Source: Thermomicrobiales bacterium (GTDB taxonomy: Bacteria; Chloroflexota; Chloroflexia; Thermomicrobiales; UBA6265). Taken from it: 53,945 bases of DNA. A program made the translations under genes and the position numbers. Under the pieces are notes generated by a model. That model did no database searches. It saw nothing but the letters and a program-made list of their open reading frames with translations, and was not told where the DNA came from. How positions within the stretch are numbered: position 1 is the first letter of the stretch; every line of letters starts with the position of its first letter. Positions 1-8,098 of this stretch are shown piece by piece. Location of the stretch: NCBI GenBank assembly GCA_033812595.1, contig JAPXTJ010000002.1:1-53945 (forward strand), in the 5' to 3' direction.

Positions 1-1323
1 GTGCGGGGCTCGCACGTGATCCTGGCGTTGATCCAGGTGCTGGCAATCTGGGCGCTGGTGACACATTACAGGCGCACCCGCAGCATCGAATCACTCTGGA
101 AATGGCTGGCGGGACCGGTCCTTTCGCTGGCCGTGTTCCTCGTCTACCCCGCGCTCTGTTCGGACGTGATGTTCTACATCACCAGCGGCGCCATCGCGAA
201 CAGCGGCGGTAACCCCTACTCCGCCCCGATCCGGGTCAACTTCGACGCGCCTCTGCTCTATTTAAATGACTGGGCCGGCATCGCCTCGCCCTACGGACCG
301 GTCTGGACCGGACTCTGCCGGATCATCGTCGGCATCTTCGGCGATAGCTTCCTGGTCGGCATTTTCGGGTTCCGGTTCCTGGCCATCGCCAGCGTCGGCA
401 CCCTCCTTTACATGGTCTACCGGCTGACCATGCAGCTGCTCGGCGATCGCAATTTCGCCCTCGGCGCCGTGATCGCCCTCGCCTGGATGCCGAGCTTGCT
501 CTTCGAAACCGCCACCGGCGCTCACAATGACGCGATCATGTTCTCGCTGGCGCTCGGCGGTCTGCTGGTGATGACCAGCCGCAAGCGGGGCGGGACCCGC
601 CTCGGCATCGCCCTGATCACCCTCTCGGCGTTGCTGAAGTACGTCACGATCCCGATTCTCGGCTTCGCGCTGCTCTGGCGGCTGGCCGATCGCAAACGGG
701 ACGAACCGATCACGGTGGTGATCAAGCGCTGGTCGCTCGACGGGATCATGATCGTCGCGCTGGCGATCGGGGCGTACGGCCCCTACTGGGACGGACCGCG
801 CATCTTCGATTCGTTGATCGCGCAACCGACCCGTGGCGTGAGCACCAGCCTCTGGATCCTGCCGCACAAGTTCACCGAAGCGATGTGGGGGTACCGAGCC
901 GGTCAGAAGTTCGACAACGTGCTCGGGTACGTCACGCTCGGCTTTCTGGTGCCGGTCTTCATCCTGACCTTCATCTGGCTCTGGAAGCAGATGAATTCAT
1001 TCCACGGCGAAAGCGGGCTGAACGACGAGGGCGTTACCCGTGACCGCCGCCTCCTCGTGCAGTTGCAGGCCTGGATGATCCCGGCCGGGCTGCTGCCGAC
1101 GATCCCGGTCGACGGTCACAACTGGTACATGATCTGGGCAATGGGTCCGTTCTTCATCCTGGCCGCCTGGCTGACGAAGCGGCTGTTCGCGGGGGTGAAG
1201 GATCAGAGCGCCGGCCAGGTCCCCGGCTGGATCGACCGCCTCGGCCCGGCGAGGATAACGGCCCTGTTCCTCGCCTGGTCAATCTTCAACGTCCTCATGT
1301 ACCACACCCGGACGCTGGGGTAG
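1..1323 (+). CDS. Polytopic membrane protein, GT-C/DUF2029-like (PimE-type glycosyltransferase-like) candidate; the 5' end may lie outside the window
   Basis: Longest ORF here, with many hydrophobic helices (e.g. LGIALITLSALLKYVTIPILGFALLW). The family call rests on overall resemblance only. The ORF starts at window position 1. Confidence 0.5.
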   Translation: MRGSHVILALIQVLAIWALVTHYRRTRSIESLWKWLAGPVLSLAVFLVYPALCSDVMFYITSGAIANSGGNPYSAPIRVNFDAPLLYLNDWAGIASPYGPVWTGLCRIIVGIFGDSFLVGIFGFRFLAIASVGTLLYMVYRLTMQLLGDRNFALGAVIALAWMPSLLFETATGAHNDAIMFSLALGGLLVMTSRKRGGTRLGIALITLSALLKYVTIPILGFALLWRLADRKRDEPITVVIKRWSLDGIMIVALAIGAYGPYWDGPRIFDSLIAQPTRGVSTSLWILPHKFTEAMWGYRAGQKFDNVLGYVTLGFLVPVFILTFIWLWKQMNSFHGESGLNDEGVTRDRRLLVQLQAWMIPAGLLPTIPVDGHNWYMIWAMGPFFILAAWLTKRLFAGVKDQSAGQVPGWIDRLGPARITALFLAWSIFNVLMYHTRTLG

Positions 1324-1441
1324 GCGCAACGCAGCTAAAGCACCTATTCAGTATCATGACTTCAAACACATTATATTCCAAGAACGCATCAGGATAAGAG
1401 ATCATGTGCAGTTGCTTTCACACCTGTATTGGAGGCGAAAG

Positions 1442-2392
1442 ATGAATCTTGAATGGATTGACTCCGGACTTACTAAATATGTAGCCGCCACCGTCGTTGG
1501 ATACATGATTGCTTTATTGGCAAACGTTACTGCACATGCGATTGCTAATCGTAGGTCAAGGCGGGTCCTAAGAGAATCACTCGCTGAGGAGGTGTTGAGC
1601 AACTTAATAGCTCTGGATGAGATCGCTGAAATAAGTTCCAAAAATCTCCTTGTTGACGGTAGGTCGAGACAATTTACGATTCCTAACGCGCGACTATCCA
1701 CCGTTGTACTCACTCAGTGCACCAGTCCGAGCTTGTCATCACTGCTAAGTGAAGGCGAAAGACTTCAAGCTGGTTCAGCGCTGATCCAAGCAGGGATTGT
1801 CAATCAACGCATTGACCAGATTCGTGAACTGCTTTGGAGTTCAGTGAATAAAGCGCCCGTATATGGACAATATGGAATCAGAAGAGGACAGGCCGAGTGT
1901 CGCCATGTTGTGGATCAAATTCTTCCGCCTGTTGGGCAAACGCACACCGATCTTCTGTGTCAGGTTCTTAGCAGGCAACTGACATTTGATTCTTCGCGAC
2001 TTCTGGGAGTTGCGACAACACTCAAACCAGTTGTGAGTAAAGGATGGCCTAACACGCCTCGGATTTGGCGAACTGGAGTCGCAGCACCGGGCACACTAGG
2101 CTCGGGCTTCCACATCGTTTGGAACAACGATGCTCCGGACGCTCTTTCTCCGAATGCAATCGTGATTGAACTAAAGCCTTCCAGGACGAGCGATCGCATA
2201 CTTCATAGGTCGGGACTGGGGGACACGCGCATGCCCAATTGGCTCCGCAAACGACGCCACGAATCCCTGCTCAGGAAGGGGGAACGGCGGCTCTCGTCAA
2301 CAGGTAATAACAACCCAATTGCTGTTAGGTCGTTGTCCACATCAATTCTTTCCAGTCACCATCATCCACCCAAGGACGCATCAGTGGACTGA
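1442..2392 (+). CDS. Hypothetical protein with one N-terminal TM helix, encoded on a visibly low-G+C islet
   Basis: ATG at 1442 is preceded by GGAGG (1431-1435). TM segment YVAATVVGYMIALLANVTAHAIA. No family recognised. The last ~100 codons look low-complexity and may not be translated. Confidence 0.4.
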   Translation: MNLEWIDSGLTKYVAATVVGYMIALLANVTAHAIANRRSRRVLRESLAEEVLSNLIALDEIAEISSKNLLVDGRSRQFTIPNARLSTVVLTQCTSPSLSSLLSEGERLQAGSALIQAGIVNQRIDQIRELLWSSVNKAPVYGQYGIRRGQAECRHVVDQILPPVGQTHTDLLCQVLSRQLTFDSSRLLGVATTLKPVVSKGWPNTPRIWRTGVAAPGTLGSGFHIVWNNDAPDALSPNAIVIELKPSRTSDRILHRSGLGDTRMPNWLRKRRHESLLRKGERRLSSTGNNNPIAVRSLSTSILSSHHHPPKDASVD

Positions 2393-2538
2393 CATCGCTT
2401 CGCAGTTGGACACTGTCTAGTCGAGTATTGCCAGCGGTGGCTTACCCTTCCTCGATACTCAGCGGACTGGATGCTCGGTGAACTCCTTCGTGTGTCAACT
2501 GTGTCGTGTTCCTTACCACCCTCTTTCGCGACTCCGAA

Positions 2539-2991
2539 CTAATCCTTGCCGCCCTTGGGATCGACCGGCGCGAGCTGGTCCTGGCAGAACTGATAGAGCC
2601 CATCGAAGACGCGGCCCATTTCCTCGATGAAACGTTCGTCTTCCTCGTAGAGCGACCGCAGGCCGAGGCCGATGGCGCGGATGCCGGTGCTCCACGGGGT
2701 CAGGGTGCGATCGGTGGTTTCGGCCCCGCGCAGCGCCATCTGCATCAGTACCAGCGCCGGATCGGAGAGGTCGTACTTCATGATCATGGCGTCGAAGCCG
2801 GTCCGGAAGCCGGTGTTGCGCATCTCCGCCTTCGGGTGGTGGAAGAGCACCGCGCCGTTCTCCTCGGCGAACGCTTCCGCCTCGGCCTCCGGCAGCAGCA
2901 CGATCTCGGCGTTCGGTTCGATCACTCGCTTGATCAGCCAAATCATCGCCACGCGATCGAGCCGGACATTCGTCCGCGTCACCCATTTCAT
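2539..2991 (-). CDS. ChrB C-terminal-domain-like protein (chromate-resistance-associated domain)
   Basis: N-terminus MKWVTRTNVRLDRVAMIWLIKRVIEPNAEIVLLP resembles the ChrB_C signature (KWVTR..DR.A..WLI.RFIDP.AEF). AGGGGA lies 8 nt before the ATG at 2991. Confidence 0.6.
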   Translation of the reverse strand: MKWVTRTNVRLDRVAMIWLIKRVIEPNAEIVLLPEAEAEAFAEENGAVLFHHPKAEMRNTGFRTGFDAMIMKYDLSDPALVLMQMALRGAETTDRTLTPWSTGIRAIGLGLRSLYEEDERFIEEMGRVFDGLYQFCQDQLAPVDPKGGKD

Positions 2992-3035
2992 TCCCACGAT
3001 CCCCTTTCCTATACTGACGCTATGTCGTTCCGCCG

Positions 3036-3812
3036 ATGAGGATACTCCGAAGCCGGCCGGATGGGGAAAAGGACCAGCGTGTGACCGACGAGAACCAGGA
3101 TCGGGCCGAGCGATTCATTCACCTTTACAACCAGACCGATGAACACCTGCGCGCGCTGCTGCAAGAGCGGCGCCCCTCCTCCGATCGCTACCTCACCTTC
3201 GTCAACGTCGTACGCGAGGTGGCGAAATTCAACCACCGGGTGCGGGATCGCAAGGATGATCTGCTCGAATACGCCGACCTGCGCAATGCGCTCGTGCACA
3301 CCGCCGGGCGCGACGGACTCCGTTACCTGGCCGAACCCTATCCGGAGGTGATCGACGACTTCGAGCGACTGGCGGCGGCGATCGCTAACCCGAAGCGCGC
3401 CGAGCAGATCGGTTCGCACAATCCCCGCCGTTTCGCACCGGAGGACTCGCTGGCAACCGCCCTCGCCTACATGCGCGATGCCGGCCACGGCCAGATCGTG
3501 GTGCAGGGCAACGGCCCGGCGCAACTCCTCTCCAGTCGCGGCATCGCCAACTGGTTCGGTCAGCACCTCGGCGAAACCATGGCCACGATCGACGCGGTGC
3601 CGCTCAGCGATGTGCTGCCCCAGCAGCCGGCGGGATCGTTCGACATCATCGGCCGGGAGACGACGATCGATGAGATTCGCGCCCGTTTTCTCGATCTCGT
3701 ATCGCCCAACGGTGAACGCCTGCTCGCACTGATCGTCACCCACTCGGGCAAACCGACCGAGAAGGCGATCGGCATCATCACCGCCTGGGACGTGGTAGCC
3801 ACCACCGATTGA
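3036..3812 (+). CDS. Fusion protein: N-terminal HEPN-like (Swt1-like) domain plus C-terminal CBS-domain pair
   Basis: R-x4-H motif LRNALVH (codons 3282-3299) sits in a helical ~110-aa N-domain. The C-terminal half has two CBS-like repeats (..ALAYMRDAGHGQIVVQ.. and ..LALIVTHSGKPTEKAIGIITAWDVV). An alternative GTG start exists at 3081. Confidence 0.65.
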   Translation: MRILRSRPDGEKDQRVTDENQDRAERFIHLYNQTDEHLRALLQERRPSSDRYLTFVNVVREVAKFNHRVRDRKDDLLEYADLRNALVHTAGRDGLRYLAEPYPEVIDDFERLAAAIANPKRAEQIGSHNPRRFAPEDSLATALAYMRDAGHGQIVVQGNGPAQLLSSRGIANWFGQHLGETMATIDAVPLSDVLPQQPAGSFDIIGRETTIDEIRARFLDLVSPNGERLLALIVTHSGKPTEKAIGIITAWDVVATTD

Positions 3813-3915
3813 CGCCATGCGTTTGTCGCCCGTATCCGTGAGTTTCACCACGCCGTCAGGCAGAATAGGGGCGACGCGGGACGGCGCCGTTCCGGCAGGG
3901 AAGGGAGTCTTGGCG

Positions 3916-5403
3916 ATGCGGAGAAGCGCGCTGGTTCGATTCGGGTTCATCGCCGCGCTGCTGGCAATGCTGGTGAGCGGCACCTTCGGTTCGGTCACCG
4001 CCCAGGACGCCGATACGTTTTCGACGGCCGGTAACGAGCGTTTGCAGACGCTCGCGCCCGATGGGTCGATGGTCGCGGTCACCACGGCCGGCGGCTTCGA
4101 ACTCTGCGTTTACACCGTACCCGATTCGGACCTGGTGAACTGCATCGATCTCAAGACGGCCGCGATCCGGATCGATCCCGATACCATCGCCTGGTCGCCC
4201 GATGCCACCTCGCTCGCTTTCACCGAGCGAATCGTGCAGTTTCTCTCGGACGGCGATCTCTGGCACGTCGATGTCGCCACCGGTGAATTGACCAATCTCA
4301 CCGACGATGGCGTGGCGGATGCTTATCCCTTCGGTCCCGATAAATCGCCCGATCCCTTCCTGCTCGATCTCTCCCCCGCCTGGTCACCCGATGGCGCGCT
4401 GATCGCCTTCAGCCGGACGGTGGTAGTCGGGGGCGATGTGCCGCCGGTCACCTCGATGATGCTCCTCGATGTCAGCTCCGGTGAGGTGGCGGAATTGGTC
4501 GTTTTCGAAGAAGAGACCCCGCTCGCGCTTCCCCACAAGATCGCCTGGTCGCCGGATGGCGGCACGATCTACGCCTCCGCGCATTACGGCGATCCGACGC
4601 ACGAGCGCAACGGCATCTGGGCGTTCGACGCCGCCAGCGGCGAATTCACCCTGCTGGCCGGACCGAACCCCGATTTCGGCGGCGACATTCCCTCCCTCGT
4701 GGCGGTGTCGCCGGCGGGCGATTTCCTGGTGGTCAGCTATCCGGCTTACATGAACACCGCCAACGCGCCGGACAAGGCGTCTGGCTACGCGCTTTTCGCG
4801 CTGGCCGATGGCAGCCTGGAGCCGATCGAGCCCTCCGAAGCCTACGCAGGTGACTACTCAGTGGCGGTCGGACCCACCTTCTCGCCCGATGGCAGCGCCC
4901 TGATCTTCGGCGTGCGCCAGCCGAGTGAGGGCGCCGGATTCGTGATCGCCCGCGATCTCGCATCGGGCGATGAAACCGTCCTCGCCGAGCTCCCGCCCGA
5001 CACCTACCCGATCACCACCTTCCCGACCACCCCGATCCAGATCGGCGGCGCGACGGTGATGGTGCTCACCGACCTGACAACCGCCACCCTCGTCGACCTG
5101 CCGGATGAGCTCACCGATGCCGCACCGGTCGCCGATGATCTCGCTACGCCTGAGCCGGCGGCGTCACCGGAACCGGAGTCCGAGGTCGTGGATGCCACCG
5201 TCACCGTCGCCGAAAACGCCGCCACCCTGCGGGACGGCCCCACCCGCGACGACGACATCATCATGATCCTCGCGCCCGGCACGGAATTGCTGCGCATCGG
5301 CGCGCCGTTCGAATCAGATGATCACTTCTGGATCGAGGTCACCGAACCTGAATCGGGTGAACGTGGCTTCGTGCGCACCGATTTCCTCGAACCGGTCGGG
5401 TAG
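3916..5403 (+). CDS. Secreted TolB/PD40-like beta-propeller protein with C-terminal bacterial SH3 domain
   Basis: Signal peptide MRRSALVRFGFIAALLAMLVSG. Repeated AWSPDG/FSPDG PD40-type motifs. C-terminal SH3b-like segment (..HFWIEVTEPESGERGFVRTDFLEP). SD GGGAAGGGAG lies upstream of the ATG at 3916. Confidence 0.75.
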   Translation: MRRSALVRFGFIAALLAMLVSGTFGSVTAQDADTFSTAGNERLQTLAPDGSMVAVTTAGGFELCVYTVPDSDLVNCIDLKTAAIRIDPDTIAWSPDATSLAFTERIVQFLSDGDLWHVDVATGELTNLTDDGVADAYPFGPDKSPDPFLLDLSPAWSPDGALIAFSRTVVVGGDVPPVTSMMLLDVSSGEVAELVVFEEETPLALPHKIAWSPDGGTIYASAHYGDPTHERNGIWAFDAASGEFTLLAGPNPDFGGDIPSLVAVSPAGDFLVVSYPAYMNTANAPDKASGYALFALADGSLEPIEPSEAYAGDYSVAVGPTFSPDGSALIFGVRQPSEGAGFVIARDLASGDETVLAELPPDTYPITTFPTTPIQIGGATVMVLTDLTTATLVDLPDELTDAAPVADDLATPEPAASPEPESEVVDATVTVAENAATLRDGPTRDDDIIMILAPGTELLRIGAPFESDDHFWIEVTEPESGERGFVRTDFLEPVG

Positions 5404-5446
5404 CGAAGTTCCGGGTTCCGCGTTCCGGGTCCGGCGTTGTTCAACC

Positions 5447-5491
5447 CCGAAGGGTTTTCGGCTTATTTAACCGAGGGTTTTGAACCCTCGG
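5447..5491. terminator. Two tandem hairpins between convergent genes (CCGAA-GGGTT-TTCGG; CCGAGGGTT-TTG-AACCCTCGG)
   Basis: Inverted repeats read directly from the sequence. Located between the stops at 5403 (+) and 5519 (-). Confidence 0.5.
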
Positions 5492-5518
5492 GAACTACCG
5501 CCGACCCTGGACATCACC

Positions 5519-6769
5519 TCACACCCTGAGTTCATCAAGGGTGCGCGGGTAATTGGTGAGCGATTCGAGTCCGTTCTCACGAACGACGGCCGTGTCGGAA
5601 TGCCGGAAGCCGCCGAAGCCGGGCAGGTACAGACCAGGTTCGATGGTGAAAACCATGCCCGGCTCCACCACCGTCGGATCGCCCAGATCGATGAACGGCG
5701 CTTCGTGCCCTTCCAGCCCGATGCCGTGCCCGGTGTGATGACGCTGCGCGTCGCGTACGCCAAGGCGATCGAAGGCGGCGGTGATCTCGGCCTCGATCTC
5801 GCTCAGCGCCCGGCCAGGCCGAACCGCCTCGAACGCGATGCCCTGCAACTCGAGCATCAGCTCGAAACGGCTCCGCACCTCGGCCGGCGGATCGCCGGCG
5901 AACATGGTCCGTTCGAGTTCCGACTGGTAGCCGCCGACATCGACGGTAGCGAAACTCTCGATCAGGTCACCCGGTTGCAACCCGCTCGCGCCGGGCAAAC
6001 CATGCGGCAGGGCGGTGTGCGCGCCGCTGATCATGTAGAGCGCGACCGGCAATCCGCACCAGGGTTGAAAGAAAGCGCGCGACGGCGCCTGGAACGACTC
6101 GCCGAGCTCCGCCAGCATCTCCCGGCTGGCGAGCAGCGCCGCCTCCTGGGCGATCTCGAGGTCGCTCCGGCCGATCGCCATCTGGTCGTGCAGAATCCGG
6201 TGCGCCCGATCGGCCCAGCGGCAACTCTCCGCGATCAGCGCAATTTCGGCGTCGCTCTTGATCGAGCGCAGGTGATCGATCAATCCGCGCGCTTCGATTG
6301 TGCCAACTCCATCCGCCACGATCCGGGAGAAGGGCACTCCCCGGTAGCCGTTGATATCGAGTGGACCATCGTGATCGAACCCGATGCGCAGACCGGCCCG
6401 GTTCATGCCGAGGTCATCCAGCAGGGCGCGCAGGTGCTCCATCGGGTGCACGGTGCCGCCGGTCGGGTACTCGGGGTACCCGGCGGCGTGATCGATGCCC
6501 GCGATGGTCTGCACGTGCTCCTGCTCCAGTTTCGGCGCCAGCATCACGCGACGATCGTCCGGGGTCAGGATCAGCACGATCGGGCGCTCGGTGATCTGGT
6601 GAAAGAAGCCGGTCAGCCAGGCAACCCGGATCGGGTGGAAGATCAGGACGGCATCGAGTCCCTCCCGTTCCATCGCCACCCGGACCCGCGCGGTCCGCGT
6701 TTCGAATTCCGAAGCGGGCAAGGTGAACTCAGACATCAGTGGCCTCCTGCTGGCGGACGTAGTCGTCAC
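5519..6769 (-). CDS. M24-family metallopeptidase (Xaa-Pro aminopeptidase/creatinase-like)
   Basis: HHTGHGIGLEGHEAPFID and FTIEPGLY metal-ligand motifs; N-terminal creatinase-like domain. Confidence 0.85.
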   Translation of the reverse strand: MTTTSASRRPLMSEFTLPASEFETRTARVRVAMEREGLDAVLIFHPIRVAWLTGFFHQITERPIVLILTPDDRRVMLAPKLEQEHVQTIAGIDHAAGYPEYPTGGTVHPMEHLRALLDDLGMNRAGLRIGFDHDGPLDINGYRGVPFSRIVADGVGTIEARGLIDHLRSIKSDAEIALIAESCRWADRAHRILHDQMAIGRSDLEIAQEAALLASREMLAELGESFQAPSRAFFQPWCGLPVALYMISGAHTALPHGLPGASGLQPGDLIESFATVDVGGYQSELERTMFAGDPPAEVRSRFELMLELQGIAFEAVRPGRALSEIEAEITAAFDRLGVRDAQRHHTGHGIGLEGHEAPFIDLGDPTVVEPGMVFTIEPGLYLPGFGGFRHSDTAVVRENGLESLTNYPRTLDELRV

Positions 6770-7062
6770 GTACTGGCTGACGACTGTTCGTGACGGATAC
6801 GCGAATTCTCCAACTTGACGTCGACTTGACCATGATTGACTTTTGAAATCTACCGTAGTACGATCACATTCACTAGAACGCCATTCTATTCATGGTAGGC
6901 TCATTCGAGCGACGAACGGGCGGGAAGTCATGATCGGAAACCTGCGAATCCAGTTCAACCCACTAGTCTGCCGGCGTCGAAAGGCGGCGCGGCCACCGCC
7001 GGCGAGTGCCGGTCGGTAGATCCATTGTCGCGCAGATCAACTCAATGAAGGAGATGCCCGTA

Positions 7063-7998
7063 ATGAAGCGGGAAATGCTGACTTCGATGTCACTCGATCG
7101 TTCGCTCTCGCGCCGCCGGGCGCTGCAACTTGCCGGCGCGGCCGGCCTTGTTACCCTCGCCGGCCCGAACCTCACGTTCGCCCAGGCGACCCCGGCCGCC
7201 GAACTGCCGGAACTGAAACTCGTCGCCGTTGAGTACAGCTTTGAGCTTTCCGGCGAGCCGGTGGCCGGCTGGACGCGGGTCGTCCTCGACAATCAGGGCA
7301 CGATGGACCATCACGTCATGCTGTTGAAGGTCCACGATCACGCCACCCTGGCCGATCTCGAAGCGGCGCTGGAAACGCCCGATCTCGGCGCGATTTTCCC
7401 GCTCGCCGCCAGCGTCGGCGGTCCCGGCGTCGGCCCCGGAATGAGCTCGACCGTCGTGCTCGATCTTGCTCCGGGCGATTACGTCGCCGTCTGCGTCGTG
7501 CCGGATGAGGAGGGGACGCCGCACTACCTGCTCGGCCAGAAGCTCGCCTTCTCGGTCGCGGCGGGCGATGCCACCGGCGCAGCGCCCACCGCCGATCTTC
7601 GCGTCGAAATGACCGAGATGGCCTTCGCCAATCTCCCGACGGAACTCCCCGCCGGAGAGCAGGTTTGGGAGGTCGCCAACACCGGCGAGCAACTGCACGA
7701 AACGCTCGTGCTCGCGCTAGCCGAGGGGATGACGATCGAACAGGGCATGCAGATCTTCACTGGCGGCGAAGCGCCCGCCGAGGGCGAGGGTGAATCGACC
7801 CCGGCCATGGATATGGAAATGGGTCCGCCCCCCTTCACCGGCATCGGTGGCGTCGCTCCCCTCAGCCCGGGCCTGACCAACTACCTGCTGCTCGATCTCA
7901 CACCGGGCAACTACCTCACGATCTGTTTCGTACCCGACGCCGCGACCGGCATGCCGCACTTCATGATGGGCATGCTCGCCGGCTTTTCGGTGGCGTAA
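7063..7998 (+). CDS. Tat-exported two-domain protein with cupredoxin-like Cys/His/Met signatures
   Basis: Tat motif SRRRALQLAGAAGLVTLAG. Domain ends are GDYVAVCVVPDEEGTPHYLLGQ and GNYLTICFVPDAATGMPHFMMGM. Met-rich linker PAMDMEMG. AAGGAG lies 9 nt before the ATG at 7063. Confidence 0.6.
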   Translation: MKREMLTSMSLDRSLSRRRALQLAGAAGLVTLAGPNLTFAQATPAAELPELKLVAVEYSFELSGEPVAGWTRVVLDNQGTMDHHVMLLKVHDHATLADLEAALETPDLGAIFPLAASVGGPGVGPGMSSTVVLDLAPGDYVAVCVVPDEEGTPHYLLGQKLAFSVAAGDATGAAPTADLRVEMTEMAFANLPTELPAGEQVWEVANTGEQLHETLVLALAEGMTIEQGMQIFTGGEAPAEGEGESTPAMDMEMGPPPFTGIGGVAPLSPGLTNYLLLDLTPGNYLTICFVPDAATGMPHFMMGMLAGFSVA

Positions 7999-8034
7999 GG
8001 CGTACGGTATACGGCGCAAGGAACGTGAGTGCGT

Positions 8035-8070
8035 GAAGCGGGCGTTGGTCATCTGGCCAACACCCGCTTC
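8035..8070. terminator. Long imperfect hairpin (GAAGCGGGCGTTGGTC-ATCT-GGCCAACACCCGCTTC) between convergent genes; REP-like
   Basis: Inverted repeat read directly. A closely related hairpin recurs at 19489-19520. Confidence 0.5.
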
Positions 8071-8098
8071 TACCTCCTGACCCCTAACGCCTCACGCC

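Noticed and set aside
5408-5429. Direct repeat GTTCCGGGT x2 just after the stop at 5403.
   Set aside because: It is short and G+C-rich, and such repeats are expected by chance in this composition. No further copies were noticed.
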